Positions 37,475 through 49,074 of a stretch of 64,000 nt of DNA are shown in pieces. The notes under the pieces are model-generated. The model saw nothing but the letters and a program-made list of their open reading frames with translations, did not search any database and was not told the DNA's origin. Made by a program: the position numbers and the translations under genes. How positions within the stretch are numbered: position 1 is the first letter of the stretch; each line of letters starts with the position of its first letter. Where the stretch lies: NCBI RefSeq assembly GCF_006345805.1, contig NC_043000.1, positions 2,790,001-2,854,000 on the forward strand, in the 5' to 3' direction. Source of the stretch: Octopus sinensis. Lineage: Eukaryota.

Positions 37475-37689
37475 CTCTTTTTCTCTTTTACTTGTTTCAG
37501 TCATTTGACTGCGGCCATGCTGGAGCACCGCCTTTAGTTGAGCAAATCGACCCCAGGACTTATTCTTTGTAAGCCTAGTACTATCGGTCTCTTTTGCTGA
37601 ACCGCTAAATTACAAGGACGTAAACACACGAGCATCGGTTGTCAAGCGATGTTGGGGGGACAAGCACAGACACACACAAACATATACAT

Positions 37690-37722
<33 letters not shown>

Positions 37723-37805
37723 ACAGGCTTCTTTCAGTTTCCGTCTACCAAATCCACTCACAAGGCTTTGGTTGGCCTGAGGCTATAGTAGAAGACATTT
37801 GCCCA
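37475..37805 (-). mobile_element. SINE S2, head truncated
   Basis: S2 family match. Confidence 0.85.
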
Positions 37806-37898
37806 CATGCACACACACAAACATGCCACATATAAAATATATGTATATGTGATATATATATTTATATATGTGTGTGTGTGTCTGTGTGTGTGTGTGTA

Positions 37899-37952
<54 letters not shown>

Positions 37953-38266
37953 ATCAGATTAAAGTATGATTTCATCAGCTGTCTTGACAACTGCACAGTG
38001 CCACCCCATTTCCTTCAACACCCACTGTTAGCCAGTCTCTTGCTAATGCTTTCAGAATCTTCTATCTTTTAGAATAGCTTTATTCCATTCAAATCTTTAA
38101 TTAGTCCACTGTTTAATTAGTCCACCTTTTTAAATGATTAGAACAATTTCCTCGTTTCAAATGTCTTTATTATTGGAGAGTAAATGAAATGAATGTTTGT
38201 GAGTTGTTTTTTTTATTTTAATATTTTTTTGGTTGTCTTTATATATATATATATATATATGTATAT

Positions 38267-38682
38267 AGGCGCAGGAGTGGCTGTGTGGTAAGTAGATTGC
38301 TAACCAACCACATGGTTCCGGGTTCAGTCCCACTGCGTGGCATCTTGGGCAAGTGTCTTCTGCAAAAGCCCCGGGCCGACCAATGCCTTGTGAGTGGATT
38401 TGGTAGACGGAAACTGAAAGAAGCCTGTTGTATATATGTATATATGTATGTATGTGTGTGTGTGCGTTTGTGTGTCTGTGTCTGTCCCCCTAGCATTGCT
38501 TGACAACCGATGCTGGTGTGTTTGCGTCCCCGTCACTTAGCGGTTCGGCAAAAGAGACCGATAGAATAAGTACTGGGCTTACAAAGAATAAGTCCCGGGG
38601 TCGATTTGCTCGACTAAAGGCGGTGCTCCAGCATGGCCACAGTCGAATGACTGAAACAAGTAAAAGAGTAAAGAGTAAGAGT
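38267..38682 (+). mobile_element. SINE S2, full length
   Basis: S2 family match, head to tail. Confidence 0.9.
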
Positions 38683-38887
38683 ATGTATATATATTTCTAC
38701 TGATGTGAAACTCTATCTTGGCAACAGTAAGCAGTTTGGGATTTGATGCCACTGATAGTTTGTTCACTGTGAATAGATATGATTTTTCAGTGGTTATGAT
38801 TAGCTTTATTACAGAGAACTAACCTATGAGATGTGTGGCATAAAATAGAAATTTCTGGTTGCATGTTGTATGATTGAGATTTATAGT

Positions 38888-39213
38888 TGAGTTAGTTAGT
38901 TAGTTAGTTAATTTGGCTCAAAAAGCAAAAAGCAAGGCCATGTAGGGGGACATGGAGTTAAGTACAGGGTGGTGTTCATGTAAAGAGTTCAGGCCACTTG
39001 AGGTCAAGGGAAGCTTTGAACCGAGCGGTCGTCGGCATCTTCACCATCTCGTCTGGCAGCTTGTTCCACGGATCCACAACCCGGACAGAGAAAGCTCCTC
39101 TCCTTTGATTGAGATGAAATCATCGCAGGTAGAGCTTTTCGGAATGACCCCGCAGCCGACACTCTGGAGCAGGAGTGAAGAACAGCTCTTTCGAGAGGTT
39201 ACACTTTCCGCTT
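38888..39213 (-). mobile_element. CR1/L2-group LINE 3' fragment with (TAAC)n tail
   Basis: Minus strand RRGAFSVRVVDPWNKLPDEMV..FKASLD*; (TTAG)n on the plus strand. Confidence 0.8.
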
Positions 39214-39259
39214 ATGATGTTAAGTACAATGAAGGAGGGCGGTGTTGATTGATGGACCA

Positions 39260-40345
39260 AAAAGGTTTGTAGTTGAGTGATGGAGTGGAGAGGCTTAAGC
39301 TGAGTGGTGTACAGTGGAGGGTTTAATTGAATGATGTACCATGGAGGTTTATAGTTGAGTAATGTACAGAATGTACAATGGATATTTGTAATTGAGTATT
39401 ACAGAGGAGTGAAGACATGTGGCTTAGTGGTTAGGGTGTTGCACTCATGATTACTAGATCAAAGGCTCAATTCTTGAACTGGGTGGTTCGTTGTATTCTT
39501 GAGCAAAACACTCAATTTCACATTGCACTGGGGGTGGCAGAGTGACAGAATCATTGGTGCATTGGCTGAAATGCTTTATGGTATATCTTTCAGCTCTCTA
39601 TATTCTGAGATCAAATCCCAGCCACCTAGTGATGGCAATGGGAAACCACTTCAGTATTCATCCCAAATCTAGACATAGATGGTTGTAGTTACAGTAGTTT
39701 ACTTAATGGCAGCAGGGGAAAGTGTGGGAGAAGGTTCACATGCACAGGACCTGCCCAAGAGCAGATCAACACTAGATTATAGAGTAGGCCAGGCATGGTC
39801 AGCCTTTTTTGAGAGGTGGGTTGCATAAGAGATGGCTCATTATCAGGTAATTTTTCATTGGCTATTCAGAAAGTCCAGCAGATCACATGCAGCTCACAAG
39901 CTGTAGTTTGGCCACAACTGAAGAGTGGAGGCTTGCAGTTAAGTGGTGTAGAGTACAAAGTTTGCAAGTGAGTGATTTTAGAGTAGAGGTGTAGTAGGTG
40001 TGTGGTGTACAGTGATAAATTGTAGTTGAGTGAGGTTAAGTGACGGGGTAGTCAATAACGGTGAGTGAGGATTTGAATTGAGTGACATTACACAATAGAG
40101 GGTTGCAATTGAATGAGGTAAACTGGAGGCTTGGAGTTCAGTAGTAGGAGTTATAGGTGAGTGAAGAACAGTGGATTTTGTCACTGAGAGATGGTCATTG
40201 GAGGTTTGTAGTTGAGTAGTGTTCAGCAGAGGTCACTGAATAGATTTCCTGGAAGCTTAGATTTGAGTGACATGCAGTAGAAATTTATATCTTCATGTGA
40301 TATGGTTTTTAGTTCAGTTATGTACAGTAGAAGTTTGCAGTTTGT
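39260..40345. repeat. Highly degenerate ~28-bp minisatellite (TTTGTAGTTGAGTGATGTACAGTGGAGG), interrupted at about 39410-39920
   Basis: Recurrent AGTTGAGT..GTACAGTGGAGG units on both sides of SINE/MITE inserts. Confidence 0.6.
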
Positions 40346-41798
40346 ATTTATGTGAGTGTTTTCCTTTATCTTATAGTCTGGTGGAAAAGTAGTGCCTTTG
40401 ACTCTTTACAGGGCCTCCATGACTGGTGATAAGGAAGGAGGAAGATATCCTCAAACCAGTGACCTGTTCTGAATGCTTACAACAGAAGGTACTGAAAGGG
40501 TCAATCAGATAGTGATGTTAAACTGGGCAGTGGATTAAGGCTACCACTGAAGATTGTATATGCAAAAATCTGAGGATGAGTTAAGATAGAGTGATAATAT
40601 CACTGTCCAAGAAAGATCATGGCCCTCATTATGAAGGCAACATCAGATCAATTTGCTACATAGCAACCTCAACCAGTCTAATGCAGCATTCAATTGTAGA
40701 TGTTAAAATGATACTTTAAAAAAGATAATTATTCAGTCCAAGGTATAAAATGAAGGTAAAGATTTTTGAATCCGTGAAACAACTGACTTAATTATTTGCT
40801 ATATATTTTTTTAGGAAAACAGCCAGTCACTTGATCCCTATTAATCAGAAGAACATGCAGGACATAAACTTCATAGTCAGCAAAAAGAAGGGCCGGAAAC
40901 TGCTTGTGAATTTTAAGTCCTTCCTCAGTGAAAAGTGCCACTCAAAAATAAACTAGTGATTAGTGACTTTGGGGTAAGTGTTAGCTGAACTCAGAGACAA
41001 GACAATCTAGAGAAGGAAGATATGGAAGGCATAGAAGCTGAAAGATCCCCCCTGTTACGTATAGTTTCAAAGAAGTACTAGGTGAAGCACATGACGAGAG
41101 GTGGGGGGAGAAGAACTGGAAGTTTGTATAAGGCAACTTGCTGTGAGCCATAAAACTAAATCTGCAGATTAAGTCAGATTCCAGTCAAGCAGAAGCCAAC
41201 AAAGTAATGTAATGGAATTGTAGAAAGAGCCATTAACAAGTAAGATACTTGCAAGGAAAGAATGGAAGAAAGAAGAGATAGCCATTACTAGTAATAACTA
41301 TACCTCAGAATTACCTCATCAGTCATGGTATTGCTTCTGTTCTGTGCAGAGGCAGCACCATGTTGGAGGAACAATTCAGATAGTTAGAAGAGAAACTAAA
41401 CAATAGGTATTCTTAGTATAGCAATATTGCAATACCTAATGATATCAGAGCATTTGCTTTGTTGATACTAAAAGGGAAGGAATATGAAAATGTTATAAAG
41501 AATAGTTGGTGAATGAAGAAGTTGTATGAAATAAGTGAGAGTTAACTTAAAGCAGTCTCAACTGAGGGATTAGCTATTAAAAGTCAATGACTATACAATC
41601 AAAACAGTAAGACTGTGATGATGGATATACCTGACAAACTAAGATATGATTGGTCATCCATACATCCTGTCAGGTAATACAGGGAAGTGTCACTTCCAAG
41701 GACTGGCATAGCACTGCCATCATCAACAGCTATTAGAGCAAAGGGGATGATGCTTCAGAAGGAAGCAAATACAGAAGTATGAAATTGATGGACCAACT

Positions 41799-42230
41799 TG
41801 TAACAAGATGAGAGGTCCCCGCACAGGACGGGTGCAGCTCACATCCTTTACATTAAACATCAATTGAAGAAAGAGTCAAGACTTCCGATTAACTTCACCA
41901 GTATAAATATTTATTTCTTGATTCGCAATATATACATTCTTCTTTCTGGCGAATCAGCAGCCTAGGAGCGTATCGCAGTAGTCAAGTGGAGTGAGCCAAA
42001 TCCTGTCTGTTCAAGCATAGTGGGGATGCGCCACGAGGTAGCAGCTTGAGAGAGCTGATAAAACACAACTGTATCGTTCAGCTGCCGGCGTTTAAGACAG
42101 CGATAGATATGAGGGAATTTCGCTGCTGCTAGTTTTCTGCGTATGCACATGAGGGAACTTCCGGCAGGCCTCCCGGAAGACTCCAACTCTGCGCATGCGT
42201 GCTGGAGATTTTCAAGATGGCGTCACTCCA
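41799..42230 (-). mobile_element. Solo LTR (432 bp, probably Ty3/Gypsy type)
   Basis: TG...CA ends and 4-bp TSD AACT (41795-41798, 42231-42234); removing it restores the RTE frame DQLMNV; AATAAA on the minus strand at about 41910. Confidence 0.8.
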
Positions 42231-42832
42231 AACTTATGAATGTACAAAAAAAACATCGCAACTAATTAGGAAGAAAATTACATTAGGTTTAATGCAGTTT
42301 GGGTTTGTACCAAGAGAGATACCAATAAAGCTCTATTCTTAAGTAGGGATGTTAAAGAAGTTCTTAGCTAAGAACTGCACCTAGGTTCATTGACCCAAAG
42401 AAAGTTTTTGATAGGGAACTACATTTTGTAGTCTGGTGGTTGTTAAGAAAACTGGATGTAGATGAATGGTTTGTGAGAAGCATGAAATCTATGTACAGAG
42501 ATATCATTAGCAATGCGATAGTCATCAACAGATTCAGTTAAGAATCTAGTGAGTAGATAGATATCCACTGGTGATTAGATGTCATCCCAATTACAATTTA
42601 GCATAGTTTTTAGGTCATAATAGAGAATTTTAAGACCAACTCTGTGGGAACGTTTGTATCTTAATGATCCATCATATTTGATCGAATAAAAGACCCATGT
42701 ACATTAAATGCATCCTGTTTTCAGCAGTGTATATTTAGGAGAAAATCTTTTAGTATATTAAAGCATATATGTAGGACCCAAGATGCATGTCGGATCCTGG
42801 ATGAATTTTTTGAGATATTCTTTTGGACAAAA

Positions 42833-44069
42833 TAAGTGTGTCAAGTATGAAATTTGTAGAAAAGAAAAAAAGTTTGCTAATGTTTTATAAATACAAGGAA
42901 TAGTTTTATTCATCAAAGTATGCACCCATATTGTCAATACACTTTTGCCATTTCAGCAATAGCTTGTCCAGCCTGGAACTGTAAAAGCCTGGCAATCTAG
43001 AGTCAATAAAATTTTGGAAGGCCTGTTTTACAGCATTGTCGGAATTAAATTTTTTCCAATCAAAAAGTTATCCAAATTCTGGAAGAAGTGGTAGTCAGTG
43101 GGGGCAAGATCAGGTGAGTATGGTGGATGATGGAGAACTTCCAACTCCAACTCCTGTAGTTTCGCCAATCTCATTTTTGCAATGCGTGGTCTGGCATTGT
43201 CTTGCAATAAAATAGGAGTGGATCTGTTGACTAATCTAGGCTGTTTTTTGTAAGTTTCTACATCATTTAGTCCAGTTGGTTGTGCAGTATACTTCAACTG
43301 TGATTGATGAGCCAGGTTTAATGAAATTATAATGGGTCACATCTGCGCCAGACCACCAAACACACATCACCAGCTTCTTTTGATGAATTTTGCTTTTTGG
43401 ACTGTGATTTGGTGGCTCGACTTTGTCCAACCATTGTGCTGAATGTTTACAGTTGTATTGGTTCCGATTCATTCTCATCACATGTTACAATTCGATTAAA
43501 AAATGATTCATTTTTGTGACAAGAAAGTAGCATAATTCAGGCTTCCAAACGTTGCTGTTTCTGATTTTCATTGAGTTCATGTGGAACCCACTCATCCAAC
43601 TTTTTCACTTTACTGAACCAGGTGAGTCAATATTGTTTGCTTGCTAACACCAAAGAACAACAATAATTCACGGGCACTTTGAGATGGATCTGACTTGACG
43701 ATGGCTTTCAGTTCATCATCATCTACCTTTGTTTCTGGTCATCTGCGTTGCTCATTTGTGAGGTCAAAGTTACCAGAATGAAATTTTGAAAATCAATTTG
43801 ATACTGCCTGCTGTGTAATAGCACTAGAACGAAATACTCCATTAATATTCTGACCTGTCTGTGATGTTGTATTTCTAAGAAAGAACTCATTTAAAAACTA
43901 TAAGAATTTCTGACTTATCCATCTCTAAACAAAAACAGCAAAAAACGATTTATAAATACTTTATAAAGCGCAAAATAAAGATTGTCAAAATATAATAATG
44001 GTGCAAAATGAGCAACCATCAAAGTTTACCACATACCTTACTACAAATTTCTTACTTGATGACCTAATA
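42833..44069 (-). mobile_element. Near full-length decayed mariner
   Basis: Imperfect TIRs TCAAGTATGAAATTTGTAG / CTACAAATTTCTTACTTGA; about 1.24 kb. Confidence 0.85.
42906..43922 (-). pseudogene. Mariner transposase pseudogene (frameshifted)
   Basis: MDKSEI start, WVPH, MCVWWS, LLQDNARP, HPPYSPDLAPTDYHFF and KWQKCIDNMGAYFDE*. Confidence 0.9.
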
Positions 44070-44544
44070 TGTCATCAAATATGGTAGTTCTGATAACTGA
44101 ATCTGTCAAAAGATTTGAGAAGAAATTCCAAACTAGAAGTGAAGTCTAGAATTGAAAGGTCTTAAAGCAATCCTAGCAAAGACAATATTTTTAGTATCTA
44201 AAGATTAAGAAGTTTAAAAGCTAGTTTAGCAAAGACAAAAGTTTTTGTTAGCAGGAAAGAATAGAGAACTCTATTTTCACTTGGGGAGAGGCCATGCTGA
44301 ATATACAGAAAATGATTGGATAGGATTCCCATACAGTGTACATTATAGATGACCACAAAATGTAGTAGGTACAAAGGTGAGTTGATAATGAAGGACTTAT
44401 TATATATCCGTGAATAGGAATAGTTAACAAGGGCATTCATGAAATGAATTACTTTTCTTTTACTCAGATGACAAAATTGGCATAGACACCAGAGGAAGAC
44501 TGGGATTTAAAAAATTCAGTGAATTATTATATCATATATTATAT

Positions 44545-45169
44545 GTCAGCAGTGATTTGCGTTGGACAAAGCATATCTCTAAAATTGTCAAGAAGGCCGA
44601 GGGTGTCTTGGCATCACTCAGCAAGACTTTTGTTAGCCGCTCTCCAGCCATCTATTTAAAACTGTATACAGCTATGGTACGACCACACTTGGAATTCGCA
44701 TCATCAGTTTGAAACCCTTATCTTGCTCAGAACATTGACCTCCTGGAATCTGTCCAGAGACGTGCAACCAAACGCATACCCTCCATCAGACACCTACCAT
44801 ATTCTGAGCGCCTTGTTTCCCTGGGCATGGATTCACTGAAGCTCTGGCGTCTGGCGACGGACTTGGTAAACACCCACAAGGTTATCAACCACCTCACCAA
44901 CAACAACACTGAACACCTTTTTGATCTCCATGTGTCCAACACACGTGGACATGCCTACAAAGTCAGAAAACAGCACAGCTCCCATGACTTTCGGAAACAT
45001 TTTTTCACGCTCAGAGTTGCTGAAGCATGGAATAAACTGCCTGCGTCAGTTGTTGACTGCCATGACACTGCATCCTTTAAGGCCCTCATGCTTTCCGAAA
45101 TCCGTCGAAACTACACCTGATTATATATACACTTTAGATGAGTTGTAGTGCACCTGAGCACTGTACACA

Positions 45170-45220
<51 letters not shown>
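44545..45220 (+). mobile_element. 5'-truncated CR1/L2-group LINE with (ATT)n tail
   Basis: Same family as 17790-18497; in-frame stop at about 44710. Confidence 0.9.
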
Positions 45221-45224
<4 letters not shown>

Positions 45225-45642
45225 CTGTTGATAACAAAGGGATTTTCTCTCAAAGTTATGAGTAGACAATATGATGTCTGAGTAAGTATGATATTGTGTG
45301 GTAGTGTAAGATAGGTAGTGAATGTGACAGATGTGCAAAGCAAGAAAGAAATGAGACAATGGCTTGCTCCACAGGGTATGTAATGTCAGTGTGAATGAAT
45401 GACAAAGTACAAATGAGCTGAGAGAAGAAAGTCTGTGCAACATACACAGAAACAAGACAAGACAAAAAAAATGCCCCTCTCTTAGCTATATTGTGTAAGA
45501 GAAGAGACTGTACTGGTGATGTGTATTGAAGAAGATATTTGGGAAAGGAGTGCCAAGTGATCTAAAAGGAAGAAACCATTTCAAAGGAAGACTGAGGAGG
45601 ACATGGGGAGGGGTGATGGGGGTTCATGACAGCAGGCTAAAC

Positions 45643-45955
45643 ATCATCATCATCATCATCATCGTTTAACGCCTGTTCTCCATGCTAGCATGGGTTGGAC
45701 GGTTCGACCGGGGATCTGGGAAGCCAGAAGGTTGCACCAGGCTCCAGTCTAATCTGGCAATGTTTCTACAACTGGATGCCCTTCCTAACGCCAACCACTC
45801 CGTGAGTGTAGTGGGTGCTTTTTACGTGCCACCTGAACTGGTGCCAGGCGAGGCTGGCATCGGCCACGGTCGGATTGGTGCATTTTACGTGCCACCTGCA
45901 CGGAAGCCAGTCGAGGCGGCGCTGGCATCGGCCACGATTCGGATGGTGCTTTTTA
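45643..45955 (-). mobile_element. SINE S3
   Basis: S3 family match. Confidence 0.85.
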
Positions 45956-46065
45956 TGAAATACATAACAAAAAATAGTAGCAATTACTGAGGTACTGCGA
46001 CGAAGAAGACCTGTACAAACATGGAAAAAGTATAAAAAGGATAATGATGATAATGATAATGATAA

Positions 46066-46862
46066 CAGGCGCAGGAGTGGCTGTGTGGTAAGTAGCTTGC
46101 TTACCAACCACATGGTCCTGGGTTCAGTCCCACTGCATGGCACCTTGGGCAAGTGTCTTCTACTATAGCCTTGGGCCGACCAAAGCCTTGTGAGTGGATT
46201 TGGTTGACGGAAACTGAAAGAAGCCCGTCGAATATATATGTATATGTATATATATATGTGTGTGTGTGTTTGTGTATCTGTGTTTGTCCCCCACCACCAC
46301 CACCACCAACATCGCTTGATAACTGATGCTGGTGTGTTTATGTCCCCATAACTTAGTGGTTCGGCAAAAGAGATTGATAGAATAAGTACTAGGCTTACAA
46401 AAAATAAGTCCTGTGCCCGATTTCCTTGACTAAAGGTGTTGCTCCAGCATAGCCACAGTCAAATGACTGAAACAAGTAAATGAGTAAAAGACATGGTGAT
46501 GATGATTACAATGACAGTAGTGGTGGTGATGTCAGGTGGAAATGATAACACAATATATCATCATCATCATCATCATTGTTGTTTAACGTCTGCTTTCCAT
46601 GCTGGCATGGGTTGGATTATACATATATATGTATATGTTTGTGTGCCTGTGTTTGTCCCACCCCACCATCGCTTGACAACTGAGGTTGGTGTGCTTACAT
46701 CCCCTGTAATCTAGCGGTTCAGCAAAAGAGACTGATAAAATAAGTAATAGACTTATAAAAAAATAAATTCTGGGGGTCCATTAGTTCAACTAAAGGTGGT
46801 GCTCCAGCATGGCTGCAGTCAAATGACTGAAACAAGTAAAAGAGTAAAAAAGAGTAAAGAGT
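46066..46862 (+). mobile_element. SINE S2 (46066-46492) plus a second 3' half (about 46630-46862)
   Basis: S2 family match. Confidence 0.8.
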
Positions 46863-47244
46863 ATACATAAGCTGAATAAATTAATATCTTTTTTATTTAT
46901 TTTTTTAACTGATGTCGTTTCAAGTTACCCTTTGATGAAGACAGCCTGTTTGCAGAAACACAATTATGTCCCTGCACAATATATTTCATGTTAATATATG
47001 TGCTTCAAATTTTGTTTCTTTTTAAATTCAGTCTACAATAATATTAAGTCATATGACACTCAACTCACTTTTATTCTATGTTCTTGTGGATTACTTATTT
47101 GAAAACGTACACCGTCATTACGGCTATGTATATCAAAGCTGCAGACACGTGCGTGCGCACACACACGCAACATACACATACACACACACGCAACGTACAC
47201 ATGGAGACTCAGACACCAGACACAATAATATATAATCTGAGCAT

Positions 47245-47770
47245 TTGTATGTATATGTAAGTGTATGTGTGTGTATGTATGTATGTATGTATGTATGTGT
47301 TATGTATGTATGTATGTATGTATGTATGTATGTGTTATGTATGTATGTATGTATGTATGTATGTATGTATAAATACACTAACACATACAATCCTACATAC
47401 ATGTATATACATAAATATACCTATAGACATATACACACATGCATATGTACATACATATATGTGTGCGTGTGTGTGTAAGCATTTATGTATGTATGTATGT
47501 ATGTATGTGTGTGTGTATGTATGTATGTGTGTGTGTGTATGTATGTATGTGTGCATGTATGTATGTATGTGTGTGTGTATGTATGTATGTGTATGTATGT
47601 ATGTGTGTGTGTATGTATGTATGTGTGTGTATGTATGTATGTATGTTTGTATGTATGTATGTATGTGTGTATGTATGTGTATGTGTATATCTATATCTAT
47701 ATCTATATATATATGTGTGTGTCTGTGTGTGTGTGTTTGTGTGTGTATGTGTATATCTATATATGTGTGT
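47245..47770. repeat. (TATG)n/(TG)n compound microsatellite
   Basis: Direct. Confidence 0.95.
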
Positions 47771-48072
47771 GTAAAACTGTGAATATGCATGCGAGAGTGT
47801 GTTTGTGTGTCTGGGAGGATGCCGACATTGTGTGAGCAGTTAGAGAATCTATTCTCAAAATGGAAGCTGGGTGGTGCGGTAATGTGTTGATGGAGGATAG
47901 CGTGGGAGGAAAACTGTTATGTGAAAGTGTCAGAAGAAGTGGGGGGTGGGGGGTTGCCGGGGATAAATGCAAACACAGAAGCAGCAGCAGCAGCTGGTAT
48001 TCTGCGTGGGAGAGGAATAGACTTGTGTGAATAGATAGACGTAGAGATTGATAGATAGATAGATAGATATAG

Positions 48073-48275
48073 ACGTTATATAATTAGGGTTCAGCAAAAA
48101 AATTTACTTTACCACACACCGAACTTTTAGAAATAGCAGCCAAAAGAATTTAGCTATTTCCTCTATTATAAGAAGAGTCTCCCGGAAAGGAAATAGCTAA
48201 ATTCTTTGGCTGCTATTTCTAAAAGTTCGGTGTGTGGAAAAGTAAATTTTTTTGCTGAACCCTAATTATATAACG

Positions 48276-48276
<1 letters not shown>
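48073..48276. repeat. Foldback: ~90-bp near-perfect inverted repeat with 25-nt loop (MITE-like)
   Basis: 48073-48162 is the reverse complement of 48188-48276 with about two differences. Confidence 0.9.
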
Positions 48277-48326
<50 letters not shown>

Positions 48327-48368
48327 TTCTATCTCACTGTCTGTCTATTAGTCTGTGTGGCTGTCTTG

Positions 48369-48421
<53 letters not shown>

Positions 48422-49074
48422 TGTATATATATAGTTTTATATATATCTATGTATGTATATATATATAGATATAAAAACAGATAAATAATAGATAAATAAT
48501 AATTGAGACGGGTATTATTTTCAATCCTTAGCATAGAATCATCATCGTGCATTATCTGTGTCCCTGTCTCCATCCCCATTCCCACCACCACCACCACCAC
48601 CACCACTCCTGCCACTACCAACACTACCTCTCCAGTGTGCACTATACGGCTTCTATCGATCACCGAATGCCTCTGTTACCGCCACTTCTCCAATCACTCT
48701 AGTTCGATTTCATCACGCGCCTCTAGTAGCAAATTTTTTCACTGGCACCAATTTGGTCGTCTACTGCATCCGACACAGCTAAACAAACACTGTAGTACTG
48801 TTACTACACCATGCCCGACTTCTATTACACCACCACTTCAGTACTACAGCGTAAATGCTTCATCGCCAATAGACTTCAGGTATACTGATACACTACCACC
48901 AATACCATAATCATCATTATACCACCACTCAACATTGCTGAACTGCTACCATATCTCTTCTATTACAGTACTACTCTTCTAGTTCACAACAACAACATCA
49001 ACACTACAACTAACACTACATCAGAACACAGAGCAGCTACACAGCAACAACAATATGACTACTATATTTATACT

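Larger units (their letters stand above)
40780..44400 (+). mobile_element. Decayed RTE-clade LINE hosting a solo LTR and a mariner
   Basis: Broken motifs MKLMDQ, MQFGFVP, FIDPKKVFDR..VVWWLLRKLDVDEWFVRSMKSMY and LAKTKVFV, in the expected order. Confidence 0.7.

Noticed and set aside
9065-45990. Recurrent ORFs containing LDALPNANHS or QPMLAWK that look like a gene family
   Set aside because: All are translations of S3 SINE copies, in inconsistent frames and strands.
46925-46965. Another hammerhead-like motif (TTGATGAAGACAG..GAAAC)
   Set aside because: The core starts with U rather than C, and no stem I or cleavage triplet can be drawn.
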